Source of the DNA: Amoebidium appalachense
Taxonomy: Eukaryota > Protista > Ichthyosporea
DNA length: 64,000 nt
Reading direction: 5' to 3'
Assembly: GCA_963693365.1 (NCBI GenBank)
Contig: CAVNZM010000013.1
Span: 7,425,482 to 7,489,481, forward strand
Positions 10,278 through 30,426 of this stretch are shown here, in pieces (the first letter of the stretch is position 1; every line of letters begins with the position of its first letter). The position numbers and the translations under genes were made by a program. The notes beneath the pieces were generated by a model. It ran no database searches, was not told the DNA's origin, and saw only the letters and a list, made by a program, of their open reading frames with translations.

Positions 10278-11973
10278 ATGAGCTTCTTTAGCCCACCAAG
10301 GCCCTACACGTGTGACTGTGGCATAGACACGTTTGCCACCCTCTCAGACTTTCAATACCACCAACACGCACACACATCTAAGTGTGAGTGTGAAGAGCCA
10401 GTATGGGTGAAAGAGGAGTACACGCCCGAGGAAGTACACACGTATGGGCAGGAGGATGGGATGGAGTAAGGGAGAGGGAGCAAGACGGGTGAAGGAGAGA
10501 GGTTTGTGTGCGGCATAGAGGGGTGTGTCCTAGTGTAAAAGCGCAAGAGACACCTGAGACGACATCAGAAAAAACGTCACCCGGATACTTACATTCCTAA
10601 GTTTATAAGGCGGGAAAGGTATGGAGGGGGACCGTTTTTTCTGTGCGGTATGGAAGGGTGTGATAGGGAGTACCAAACAAACAAAGGCATGAGAAGACAC
10701 CAAAGGCAGTGCCACCCAGAAGATTATGCCAGGCGGTGGGGAGAGACACGAATCACAACGTGGGAAAGCAAGCGTTGGGTGGAGGATGGGAGGGAGGAGA
10801 GCGGGATTATGAAAACTGACGACAGGGAAAGTGAAAAGGAAGAGGGAGGGGAAGAGAGTGAAGGAAAGGCAGGGAAGCGGCTTCATGTGTGTCCACACGA
10901 AAACTGCGGTAAGCTGTTTACTCGAGCGTCTCAGACAGCATATGTTTGTGGTTGGTTGGAAAGAAAAAAAGTGGTGGAGGAGGGTGTCAGGAGCGGGGAG
11001 GAAGGAGGGGTGGAGAGTGACTTAAGAGAGGCAGAAAGTGACTTAAGAGAGGTGAAAAGTGAGTATGGAGAGGTGGAAAGTGACTTTAGAGCGGTGGAAC
11101 GTGACGAGAGAAGTGGAGGGTGACTTCAGGGAAGTGGAAAGTGACGTTAGAGAGGTAGGAAGTGAAACATCGGAGGCGACTTGAGTCGCATTAGAGGGAG
11201 ACGACCTAGACTGACACACTGTCCAGTGATAGGTTGTGAGAGAGTCCTTTTGTATCGGTCAAACATGTACCAACACATACAAACACACGACATAAGAGGA
11301 GTGGAAATCACCTGTCCGATAATTGGCTGTGGCTATGTCACGACAAAGAACATGCGCATGGTGAGGCACCGGTGGGTAGAACACGGAGATGAATTGGCAA
11401 GGTGGAAAGATGATTGGGATGGGAGCAGTGACGAACACACAGAAGACGACGACACAACTGATGATGTGTCGTCTGAAAGCGAGAAGGAGGGAGAAGAGGA
11501 AAATGGGTGGGAAAAGGAGCAAATGGAGGAGAGATTTGAAAACGCCGCAGAGGATGCAGTTGTGAAAAATGGAGCCGGGATATGATTGGGTGGAAAACCG
11601 GACTGTGGAAAACGGTGTGAACCGCAAGCGCGCACCAGGAAACGAGGGCGTAAAGGAGAATACCGGAGTTTTTGAGGGCGAAAACGGAAAGGGTGTGAAG
11701 AGAGGGGGCGATGGTGCAGGGGGTGAGACAGTGGAAAAGAAAAAAGCCAAAGTGAGATAAGAGAACGAATTATACGAAGATGAGTTGGAGGGGGAAAGCG
11801 CGGGAGGGGAAAACGAAAACCACGTAAACCATGTGTTGGATTTCGATGTCCGATGCGTCGAGTGCGACTACATAGGACCTCCCCGTAAGGTGAGGATCCA
11901 TATGGGGGCAATGCACAAGAGGATTAAGCGGTTTATCTGTGATAAGCCAGGCTGTACGTATGCGTCTGGGTAG
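10278..11973 (+). pseudogene. Disrupted intronless multi-C2H2 zinc-finger gene
   Basis: About 8 finger remnants across frames: YTCDCG..HQHAH, FVCGIEGC..HLRRH, CGMEGC..HQRQCH, HVCPHENCGKLF, HCPVIGC..HIQTH, TCPIIGC..HRWVEH, RCVECDY..HMGAMH, FICDKPGC; separated by stops and frameshifts. Confidence 0.75.
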
Positions 11974-12205
11974 AGTGGCTCTATGCTTAGGCGGAGCAGC
12001 AGGGTTCAGATTGCCCCCAGAAACGCTAACGGGCAGCTGACTATTAAATGATGATATCATCAATGATGAATGCTGTGTGTTTGTACTGTGTTAAGTATGG
12101 TGGGTTGTAGTGTTGTTCACCATAAGGTCACTGGATGAACCTTGTGAGGTTGGTGGGTGCGTGTGAGTGGGTGGGTGCGACTTTTTCTTTTTCTTTTTTT
12201 TTTTT

Positions 12206-12236
<31 letters not shown>

Positions 12237-12541
12237 GGGGGTTGGATACAGAAATCTGATGGGGGCTATGCAGCCACTTGCACAGCTGAGTAGCATCGAT
12301 TTTTGGGATTTTTGCGAAGGTATTTCATAATGAGTCGTAGTACAATGTTACTTTTTTGTTGTACTAATAGAATACCACCAACATAATGAATACTAAAGTT
12401 TTGTACATATTTCAGATGTCAAAAACCTATTTACGTATTCTGTCCACCTCAGTGAAATGGATGAACCGCGTCCGATTTCAGTTAAATGAATGTACGATGA
12501 TTAAGTGGCATGTATATGTGAGGCTTGATGAGACTTTACCC

Positions 12542-12575
<34 letters not shown>

Positions 12576-12640
12576 AACTTTAAAAAAAAAACACAACCAC
12601 CACGGTGTGACCACGTGACGCAGAAACGTGTGCCCAAGCA

Positions 12641-12690
<50 letters not shown>

Positions 12691-12737
12691 TACAAACACA
12701 CACGCACACACGCACGCATACCCACACCCACCCCAAC

Positions 12738-12794
<57 letters not shown>

Positions 12795-13040
12795 TGACAC
12801 ACACACACACACACACAGCCACAGGGTTGCACACACATCAAACCAAAACATTTGTAGACATACACACACACACAAAAAGCATGCATATGGTCGTCACACT
12901 TACACATACCCCAGTTAGACTCACACCTACATATGCATGGACGTTGACATAGCAAGTGTAGGCAACTTATCCGCAAGGGGTGCTAGCAATCTGAGTCGGA
13001 GCCTCGCAGGGGGGGTACCAGCGGGTGGAGAGGGAGGGAT

Positions 13041-13082
<42 letters not shown>

Positions 13083-13319
13083 GGTGGAATGCTTACCGGG
13101 TCCGCGTATCGTAAGTGCATGCCAGTCATTCACGGGATCATTGCACATTGTTGACCGCTCCCTCCGGTCAATCGGAAACACAACATGTGCCCCATATGCA
13201 TGATATGTACATCATACTACAAATGAAATGCACCCCTTAGTAATGTTACCTACTATATGTACGGTCACAACACAAGAACCCCTAACCCTACAGACAAAAA
13301 AAAAAAGAAGAAGAAGAAG

Positions 13320-13720
13320 CTAACTAATCAACCGGGTTGGGAGGGTGATATCTGTGTGTGACGTGGCCGCAGGGATTGGAAACAAAGCTGGGCAGTTAGA
13401 TAGTCAGCCGTGCTCTAGAAGGAAGTCAATGATGGTAAAGTGTTGTGCAGGGTGGCAGGAAGTGGATAGGTGTGTGAGGAGTGTGGCGGAAAAGGAGGCC
13501 TGTGTGGCTAACGGAATAAATGGAAACACAATATTAATACACCGGCCCACACAGCAACGGCACCAAGGATGTGACCCACTAGGGCACAACAGAGGAAACA
13601 TCAGAAAACGGTTACCCCGCCATTGAAGCGCCCATTGTGCTAGTAAACCACTAAGGAAGCCCACTATGCTATCGGCTAGTGACCATTTCTCACGGCCTGT
13701 GGAGCAAACATATTGCACTA
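13320..13720 (-). mobile_element. Probable 3' fragment of a non-LTR retrotransposon ORF
   Basis: Translation LQWRGNRF...CPSG..C..C...IIDFLLEH resembles the tail of the LINE fragment at 37.7-38.0 kb (LFWRCNL...C..C...SIDYLLNH). Confidence 0.4.
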
Positions 13721-13762
13721 AGGGTTTGTGCGTAATCTGGTATACGTTTTTTTTTTTTTTTT

Positions 13763-13808
<46 letters not shown>

Positions 13809-14195
13809 CGAGGGGCAAGGGGATTACGAGTGATTTGTCCCGTTTTTTGGAAGACTGCCTTCAACTATGTAATAGCTACAGTTTGTTTTCGTTTTTTGTT
13901 TTTTAATTTTATGTACAATGGGCAAGTAACCAAAGTCAAATAGACTTTACCCTACGTCCACACCTGCATTGTCTGAGCATGCTCAGCGCGTATCACCAAT
14001 TAAAATGAACAGGCTTCTGTTTCTGATCAATATTTCTGCTTCTTTCTGAGATAGTTTTGGAATGCACAGCTAGTAATTAGTTCATATCAAATCAAATAAC
14101 AACCATATAAACAAAAGTTTCAAATCTTAGGAGAAACCTCCCCTCCCACCTCCTCTTCCCCCCTCCCGCCACCCCCCCCCCCCCCCCCCCCCCCC

Positions 14196-14245
<50 letters not shown>

Positions 14246-14505
14246 ACACAGACACACACACACACACACACACACGATCTCTGTACATCATACGGTTAGT
14301 GGTTTCCACACACGTACAAAAACTACCAAAATACACAGCATACATCTCCGACCAAGTACACTAATGATCACTCACCCATTCACACACTACTTCTATTGCT
14401 ACCTTAATTGCAAACCCCAATCACACATAAAGGACTTGGTCAACATTCCAGCACCTCATGCCCTTTGCTGATTGGCCCATGCAGTTGTAGAAAAGCCTTA
14501 TATAG

Positions 14506-20507
<6,002 letters not shown>

Positions 20508-21365
20508 CTTTCTTTTTGTGTGTGTGCCGGTAAAGGGATACGAGAAAGCTAACTGGACTCGTTTTCCATAGACGCAGCTACACACAGCACCACGACAGGG
20601 AGGGGTGATTGTTACAAGCAGAAAATAACTTCACCAATCACTCGTTGGGTTTTCGCAGATGATTGCTACCTATAGCCTCTTTGGTTTTTCATACAACCAA
20701 GACGTTCTAGTTTTCTGCTTTACGGGAGTCTGTGCCTACCTAATCTATAAGGACAAAACTCAGTGGAAGCGATACACGTACAAAAAGAGATCACAAGGGC
20801 GACCACGGAGCATGCGTGAGCAATCGCAACCAATCCGAGAAAAGCACCGGCAAAGTGCGATATGATTGGTGACCTTTTTCGTTATAGCCATATATGGAAG
20901 GTATTTTCCAGAATGGTAGCCAATCAAAAGGCTTACGGAATGTGTAATGTAGAATCTAACCGGCACATCCACTTGCATGATTTAGCCTTGAAAGCTGAGG
21001 AGAAAGCTCACTCAGCACTCAGAAAGAGATGCTTTAATTTATGAGATTCTCCTTTTGTCTTCCTTTTCCTCCGTTTTTCAACTCATGTACAGTAGGTGTA
21101 TTGCTGGCAGTGCCCGGCACTCCGAAGGGCATCCTTAGTCGAAGGTTGCATACCATAGTCATACAGACCCGAGGTCAGAGAGATTCGAATCAATTCGGGT
21201 CAGTTCGACCCATCGGGAGCCTCTGACTCAGAGCCGTATCGCACAACCCCTTTCCCTCGATTTGTCACGTGCACACTCCACTTTAGAAACATTTTTTCCT
21301 TCTCTCGGTTTACAACCTTCGTATATATTTTTGGGATAAGACGGGCCGGAGGCTAATAGTTAAAC

Positions 21366-21488
21366 ATGTATTTGATGTATTACCTCGACGAGCAGGGCAA
21401 CCGCGTGTTCACGCTTAAGGTGAGTGAGGAGAGGTTTTTGTGTGCATGTGTGTGTGGATGGAGGTGAATGGATGTGCCTGTCTGTGTG

Positions 21489-21523
<35 letters not shown>

Positions 21524-22680
21524 TATTGCGTGTGTGCGCACGTTTTGTGCACTAGTGTGCCCCTGTGCGCGCATATGTTTTTATGGTATCTTTTTTGCGT
21601 ACTTCTGTTTGTACGCATCCATGCCTGCTGTGTGTGTTCCGTGGGCTTGTGTGGGTGTGTGTGTTTCTGTGTTCACCTGTTTGTGTGTGTGTGTGTGTTG
21701 TGTGTGTGTGTGTGTGTGTGCGCGTGTGCGCGCGCGCGCGCGTGCATGCGTGCGTGTGTGTGTGTGTGTGTGTTTTGGTGTATTTACATCTGTTTCTGTG
21801 CTTGTGAGTGCAATCACATTTGGTGGCCACCTCCGCCCTGTAGTCTTCCTACGTTGTTTTTTTATGCCAGCTGTGTTGTCTGTGATAGTTGATATGTGCC
21901 AACATGCGTGTGTATGTGTGTCTCTTTGCCCCTGTACTTGTGTACATGGTGCATTTCTTTTTGGGGTGTTGGTGTCTTTGTGTGCCTCCTTTCATGGAGT
22001 GTGTGCGTGCTTGTGTGCATGTGCAACTATGTGTGCTGCATCGCTGCTTCGTGGTGTATTACACACAGTTTTTCTTAATTTCCTTTTTGTTCTTTTGTTT
22101 TCTTTTCTCCTGGGTGAGAGGAGAGTCAGGGAGGGGAAAGGGTAGGGGGGTGAGGAAGGGTTTCAATGAGTTGTTAGGACGACCTATTTTTTGGTTCTTT
22201 CCCTAAGCGGCTGTTGGAAGCTTTCCCACGTGCCGTTGTGGCCATGTCCTCTAATTTGTCGCTTCAGCCCACCCCTTGTCTCGATGCCTTTTTGTCCGTG
22301 AGCAAGTGTGTATGGGTGGTGTGCACGCGCTGACGTACCTCTGCGTGTGGGTGGGTGTATGGGTGTATAGGTATGTGGTGGTGGCGGTGGTGGTTTGGGG
22401 GGGAAAGGGGGGGATGGGGAGGTTTGAGACGTGAGGAAGGAGAGACCAAAGGGGGGGGGGGGGGTAGTATTGGGTGCGCACATCACCATATCGCCCTCTC
22501 TCTAACGTCACTGCTTTTGCAGAAGGAAGCCCCTGATGGTACCCCCACCCAGTCAGCCCATCCTGGTGAGTCCCTCGACCTAAAGCCCCCTCCTCCACCC
22601 CGTCCCTTCTCATTCACTTCCCTGCTCCTCACACCCCCAACCATTGCGGATGACTGCCCTCCCTCCCTCCCCTCCCCTCC

Positions 22681-22711
<31 letters not shown>

Positions 22712-22891
22712 AAAAAAATGAAGCAAAAAGCTAATAATAATATTTCTGACATAAAAAATATGTTCTCTATTTATTCTGAACACTCATGCGTGTGTGTGCG
22801 CGCGTGTGTGTTGCATGTGTTCGGGCATGTGTGTGTGCGCGCCTTGCGTTATCCAGCGCAAAAACTCGTGCCCGCGTCGTTTTGTGTATAC

Positions 22892-22937
<46 letters not shown>

Positions 22938-24276
22938 TTCCCCCCCCCCCCTCCCCCCCTTTGCCTTTGCCTTTGCTTTGCATGTGTCCTGAACCATGCT
23001 TCTCATCGTGTATGTGTACTTCGTATCGTGTTCCGCATTCTAAACCCCCCCCTCCCCCCCTCTACACAACCACCGTGAGTTGGCGTTTGTTTTATCATGT
23101 GCACAACTCCGACTATGCATGTTCTGGATTGCTTTGTAAACTCTTTTTTTATTACAAGTCGTTGGATTTGGCTGTCCCCCCATTTTAGCTCGGCTGCGAT
23201 ACAATCCTACATGTGCAGAAAGGTCAGCGCAGTTGCTACCTCGCTTTTGTGTGTGTGCATGGTTGTGTTCTTGCTTGTTCTGTGTGTGTGTGTGTGTGTT
23301 GTGCCTGTGTGTTTTGTTTGTGTCTGCATGCTTGATTTATTTCGTGTGTGTGTGTACGTGCGTGCGCGCGCGCGCGAGTGTGTGGTGCATGTTCCTTTGT
23401 GCATGCACTGTTTGTTGTGTAACCGTGTGTGTTTTGTTCTTGCATGTGCCTGCTGGTGATGTTTGTGTGCACGTTGGTCTTTTGTGTTCATGCTTATTGT
23501 TTGCCTGGCACATACATGTGTGGTTTTTGTTTTCGTCTGTGTTTTTCACTTTACATACCTTGTTTGTTTGTGTGGTGTTTTTTTCTGTGCGTGTGCATGT
23601 TGGTTTTACATTTGTGCGTGTTTGTGCTAGTTTTGATGTTCAGGTTGTGTGCCCTGTGTGCATGTGTGCTTTTGTGTGTGTGCATGTGCGCTGTGTTGGT
23701 GTGTGTGCCTGTTTGCATGTCTGTGGACGTGTACACTGATTGTGTGCACGTGCTTGAAAACATTACTCTCGGCACGTGAATGGTTGCCGTCAGTTCTTGT
23801 ACCGATCATTAAGTAATCGCGCTGTTTCTATTCCATTTACAACCTTGCACACACACACCCTCTAGCCCATACACCTCTTGCGGCAGTCAAATAATGCAGA
23901 TTAGATAAATAATTTACTGGTTAAATCAACCTAGCGTGCACATGCACACGGCCAAATACAAGTTATGCTTGCCAGGCGTCATGGTGTTCTCTATGCACTT
24001 TCAGCAGCAAATTGTCATTATCACATGCCCATCACCCCCCCCCCCCCCCCCCCCCCTTTCTGGGACCCGCCTTCCGGTGGTAGAAAGTTTTCGTGCATGT
24101 GATCTGATAGGCAAACCCGTCCCGTCTATTTCCCCTCCCCCCTCCCCCAACTTCCCCCCTTTCTCTTTCTTATCCTCTCCTAACGTGACGTTTTGTGTTT
24201 CGTCTTCGGATGTCTTCACTTTCATTCCAACCCTCTGGATGCATACTTGCATATCCCCCGTCCGTCCGTCCCTCCA

Positions 24277-24331
<55 letters not shown>

Positions 24332-24414
24332 ACACACAAACACAAACACAAACACAAACACAAACACACTTGCTCCAGACGATGCTGACGAAGTCTCACA
24401 TTGACCCGCTTGTC

Positions 24415-24449
<35 letters not shown>

Positions 24450-24662
24450 CCTCCCTCACCTTCACAATATGTTGCCCAGTTCTGTTCTAATCCCCACCCC
24501 CCCACCCCCCCACACACAACTCCACTCACCATCACCACCACCCGTGACACACACACACACACAGCCCGTTTCTCCCCGGACGACCAGTATTCCAGCCACC
24601 GTATTCGCCTGAAGAGGAGGTTCAACATTCTTCCCACGCAGCTGGCACCAATCGAATACTAA
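21366..24662 (+). CDS. NOP10: H/ACA ribonucleoprotein subunit NOP10, 64 aa
   Basis: Exons 21366-21419, 22523-22565 and 24565-24662 splice to [64 protein letters not shown]; contains the SAHPARFSPDD signature; absent from the ORF track. Confidence 0.97.
22981..23045 (+). mobile_element. 3'-end copy (second subfamily) of the poly(C)-tailed retroposon
   Basis: ...GTGTACTTCGTATCGTGTTCCGCATTCTAAAC followed by poly(C). Confidence 0.6.
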
Positions 24663-24917
24663 ATATCGCCGCAAATCCAATCAAAACGCAGATAAATTAT
24701 TCATCTGCTCGAAGATTAATGGGGAAAAGTATGTTATCTGCAATGCGATTGGTTTTGAGAGAATGAATGATTCTTGCTCACGGCCGGCCTGGGTGCCGGC
24801 GGGGGATTGCAATTGGGTGGTGTTGTGATGCAACCGCTGTGTCAGCCAATGCGGTTTAATAGTTAAATGATTTAAAAGTGACATATTTAACGGTTGTCGT
24901 ATGTACATGGTGCAACT

Positions 24918-24968
<51 letters not shown>

Positions 24969-25147
24969 CCCCCCGCACACACACACACACACACACACAC
25001 ACTAGGTATGGGTTCTGCTAGTGTTGCGTTCCGATGCTGGACATATGCACCGTGAATTTCCCATCGTGCATCACACTGAATGCCGTCTTACTGTGTCCCT
25101 GCTTTGTAATCCCCCCCCCCCCCCCCCCTCCTCTCAAAAAAAAGTGT

Positions 25148-25190
<43 letters not shown>

Positions 25191-26251
25191 AGGTCCTTTC
25201 ATTGGCTCTTGAGGCTCTACTCGCTGTGATCTTTTTACCAAGGTGGCCACACACCATGGCGAGACCAAGTCACCCGGTCTTGCCCAGGGACAGGCTCTTC
25301 TGAGCTTCTCCGAGTCTGTTTGTGTGTGTGTACGTGCTTATTAGTTATTGACGTGTCTGTGTTTGTGTACATGTGCTGTATATGCACCGAAGTTTTTGAC
25401 TGTGTTTGTGTACATGTGCTGTATATGCACCGAAGTTTTTGAGTCTCTGCACAATGTGTACATATTGTGTGGGCCAGACGCGCACAGTTGCAGATAGTAA
25501 AAGATGGGGTGTATTACTAAACACAGAAATACACGAGTGAACCTATTCGCCAGTCTGATCGTGCCATGGCATGACTCTTTAGTCAGAGGCCTGAGCTAGG
25601 GGCCGGGGGAGGGGGGGGCTACACGGGCACGTGAACACACAACTTTGCAGGTTGGCTCAGCCCCCCCCCCCCTCCTCCTCCCCTTTGAATTCCCTCTCCT
25701 TTTTATTTGTGACTCACGAAAACTCCAGGGCTCAGTACTATGTAGTTCTCTCACTTCTGTTCCCTCTCTCTCTTGATCTCGCCCCCGCCCCTCCCCCTCC
25801 CCTCCTTCCCCCGGGGGCCATTGATCCTCCCCCAAGGTACTCATCATGTTTTTGTGATTCCGAAGTTTGGCAACTTGCTGTTGCTCCCTAATTAGTCTAA
25901 GCTAAATGTATGCAATGTATGCCCACTTACGCAGCCTCAGGGACACATGCGCGCACATGGCACACTTGTCTAACGGACACACATGTGTAAACTGTCACAC
26001 ACACCTATGTAGTTGGGGGGGGGAAAGGGGGGGGGGGGGGGGGGGGGGGGGACTTAGAGCATATTTAGAGAGAATACACACATTGTACCGATGTCACTTG
26101 CACAAGCACACAGGCACACACGTCATGCAACATTCACACTGTCATTGTGGCACGTTGGTTTTCAACAAATTTACTACTCCTCTGAGTCACATATCTCATG
26201 CTTTCGTTGTATTATTATTGAATGATGTCCACAACCAGTCATTTTCAAAAT

Positions 26252-26376
26252 GATACAAACGAGTGCACGTTGCAATTGGGCACGCACGGCTGCGCCCAGG
26301 CCACGTGCACAAACACGGCCGGTTCCTTCACCTGCGCACGCAACAGCGCGGCTACATGGGCACGGGGTCGCAGTGT
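26252..26376 (+). pseudogene. Degenerate calcium-binding EGF domain exon
   Basis: DTNECTLQLGTHGCAQATCTNTAGSFTCA, then Cys->Arg and a frameshift before GYMGTGSQC; no partner exons found. Confidence 0.7.
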
Positions 26377-26392
26377 GCATCACGGTCCTCCT

Positions 26393-26431
<39 letters not shown>

Positions 26432-27020
26432 AAAAAAAAAAAAAAACAGGCGATTAAAATGCGCTTGTTACCGATGCCTGCAGGTGCGATACTTTTTATT
26501 CATATCTTTTTAAGTTGGTGTAATTCTACTTTTATAGCTTGGCATCTGTGCCATATCTGCCATCTATTTGGTCTCCCCCCCCCCTCCCCCCCCCCCCCCC
26601 CTCCCCCCCATCGTTCCTTTCCCCCCACGTCCCTTGCCCCCTGCCCCTTTTCGAAAAGAACTAGGACTTCCCTGGAGGATGGGCACCATATCTAATGCCG
26701 CCCTTTCTGTGTGCTCTTTCTGGCAAAAATCTCCATTAATTTGTCCGTCGTAAATATGTACTTCATAATCTGTAACATTTATTCCCCCCCCCCCCCCCCC
26801 CCCTCCCGCCCCCGTGGGCCCCGCCTTATGGAATTTAACAGAGAACGGTGCCCCTTTCCCTTTTTTTTCGCTGGACTTAGTTCCCGGCACCGACACATAC
26901 AAACACGTACACAGTACCTCAGTGCGCGCACGCACACACACACACACGTGCACGCCTACACACATACACGCACGCACGCGCGTGCACACACACACACACA
27001 CTCACTCACTCACACACACT

Positions 27021-27101
<81 letters not shown>

Positions 27102-28071
27102 CTGCGTGCGCCCGCGCGCGGGCCCGCATGCATACACGCGCACACACACGTACAGATTAAGACACAATATCAATTGCTGAAGGAAAAAGCTCAAAACTTA
27201 CTGTAAAGCCACACACGGACAATCCATTTTTATTTAAACGAGCACTGTAACATTTCAATTCAAATGTGCTTTGGTTGAACATTTGGTACGTTTAGTTCAA
27301 TCCAACATAAATCTGACCTATGACGGAGTAGACAAAATAACCATATCGGGAGCCATCGTTCGGTGTCCATCGTTGTTATCGATCACCTGCCGAGTGCACA
27401 CAACTCATTACAACTGGCGGTGGTGTGCCGCACAGTGTCTTTTACATACAAAGTCGCTTCTGTTAACGGAACACTAGTTGCACACACAGCTTCAAAACCT
27501 GGAGGGGAAACGGTTACTTGTCCGACCAAAACAACGACCTACACAAGGAAAGTTTACGGTCAATCCCGAGGTTAAGGGAACGTTTGTGCTTTCCCCCAAT
27601 GAGGGGTTAAGGGGGGAAGTGGGGAAGGGTGGCTTATGCGGGGAGGGGATATGATGCTTGGTGATTGGCTGTTTAGCGTTGTGTGCATTTGAAAAGGCTT
27701 ACGGATTTTGGTGCCAGATTTATTGGGGGGAATGTATTCAGATTTTGATAAGAGCTTTCTTTTTGCCGAAGTGGTACGAAGATGCAGCATGTGCTGATAT
27801 CGAAATTTATAATGTATGGGAATTGTTGTAAATTTAGAATTAACAAGTTCTCGCAATAGGCACTTTTTCCTTTCAAGTACTTTTTGTGTGTGGATAACGT
27901 GATAATATGTACCAATAATTGTGACTTCCACCTACAAAAATGGGCCATTATATGTAATCTGACTGTATTTAATATCATAAAAATACATACAGTAATTATG
28001 ATCTAAATGTGACCGTTTACTGCATTACTTTGTCATGCGTCTTGCTTTCACAGGGCCCTTTCTTCATCTCA

Positions 28072-28107
<36 letters not shown>

Positions 28108-28197
28108 ACTAACAACAACAACAACAGCAACAAAAACAACAAAAAAAGATTTTAAAAACCACACACGGTGGGCGCGCGCGTGCACGTACACACACAC

Positions 28198-28304
<107 letters not shown>

Positions 28305-28507
28305 CATTGGCTGCCACATTGGCATCGATGTGCCTATATAGAGGGATATAAGGGCAGGGTGTACACGGCCTGCAGTAAATAAGAATGTGGATTATGTGTG
28401 AACGCATGCATGTAGACGTGGGCGCTTGTGCGCACACGTGCAATGTGTGTGTAAACTATGTATGTGCATGTTTGTGTGTGTGTTTGTTTGTTTGTGCGTT
28501 TGTGTGC

Positions 28508-28581
<74 letters not shown>

Positions 28582-28599
28582 ATGTGTGTGCGTGTGTGC

Positions 28600-28670
<71 letters not shown>

Positions 28671-29536
28671 CTCCCCCCCCCCCCCCCCCCACATCCCGCA
28701 CATCTATAATGGTAGGGTCTTAGAGGCTCAGCTGTGTTGTTGGTGTTTGCGCAAAGCTCCCTGCTGAATTCATGCCAAATAAGGCAACCCCGCAACTTGC
28801 CGAGGTCACTGTTTGCACAGGGCCTTGCAGCCAGCAATGTTGGTGTTAGTTGGCGCCCCGAGCACAATTGCAGCTAAACACGGTTATGTCAGGAAGCTTA
28901 TCCTTTGCCTTCCCTCCAAGTTCTCCGTCGTGTGCACTAAAAAAAAAAATAATATATTCACGGGATAGTTGAGTTGAGATGCTAATGACCATCAGATGAT
29001 GTATCTACCGTATGTAATCTATTGTGTGGCACCCGGACACATGATTCGCAGGGGGTATCACATATTCGTTTTTTGTTTATTCCTAGTTTGGATGCATTAT
29101 GGTAAACCTATGGTCGACAAGTTTCTAGAAAAGAGTGACTGAGGACGGCATTAGAACGAAAAAGGTGATGTGTGTTCTCAGCGCAACATAAAATGCTTGT
29201 AAGCATCTTCTTGCGAAAACCGTGAAGAGCCCCCACAGGGGCGCCTTCCTGTTTGTCCAAAGACATCGATAATATATAGTAAGTCTGAAGACTTTCTCAC
29301 CGGATCATAGTATATGGATATACTTGACTATCTCCTTATTTCTCGGGAGGGAGGGCAGATTGGCGGATTTTGAGATAGGCAAGACTCTCTCTATCTGAGG
29401 TCAGCCGTTCCCTCCAGAATCCTTGCATTTGGCCAGTGACATCTGTTTTTTTTTGTTCTTTTTTCAAAGCCTATTTTTCCTTCAGCGGCAGGCCTTAGTC
29501 TCGGGGGTTTATAATACCCCCCTCCCCCCCCCCCTC

Positions 29537-29567
<31 letters not shown>

Positions 29568-30065
29568 GGAGCAACTACTTGAACAATAGTAACAAAGCCG
29601 TTTTCCTCCCGCTTTGCACCAGTATAAACGTGCACGCGTATATGCTGGTGGGTATGTGTGTGGCTGACACTGAGTGGTGAGTGTGAGATGGTGGTGTGTG
29701 GGGTAAAAATGTATCACCGTGGACGTGTGCATGCACATTGTCAACCTTGTATCACAACACATACGGGCACACACATAACAACCCTTAGTCCCCCCTCCCC
29801 CCCCCCCCCCCCCCTCACTCACCTCCCCCCCCCCCCCCTCCTCCTCCCCCCCCCCCCCCCCCCCCCCCCCCGTCCCTCACCCCCAAACGCACACGTACGC
29901 ACACTTATTTTAAACTGACAAGTACTGAAACACCCATAGCCATGGATACCCACCCGTGCCATTTACATGCATACAATGTCATTCATACACACAAACATGG
30001 ACACACATGGGTGCGTGCCCGTCCACACGCACAGTCACACACACGCACACGCGCACAATCGCGCG

Positions 30066-30170
<105 letters not shown>

Positions 30171-30395
30171 CTCTCCCTCTCTTTCAGTGCACATGTTGCT
30201 GAAGAGCTACGATATCAGGGTTCTTAAGTATGTACTCCCCCCTCTCCTCCTCTCCTCCTCCACCCTCCCCCCCCCCCCCCTCCCCTCCCCACAAAAAAAA
30301 AGAAAACAAAAAGGCTGAGGGCTTACGTTATCAGGGCTAATATCATGATGCATCTCTCTCTCCCCCCCCCCCCCCCCCCCCCCCCCGGAACCCCC

Positions 30396-30426
<31 letters not shown>

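Noticed and set aside
13278-13290. CCCTAACCCTA telomeric seed
   Set aside because: Fewer than two full units; expected by chance
21420-24564. Intronic snoRNAs in NOP10
   Set aside because: No clear C/D or H/ACA box arrangement seen by eye
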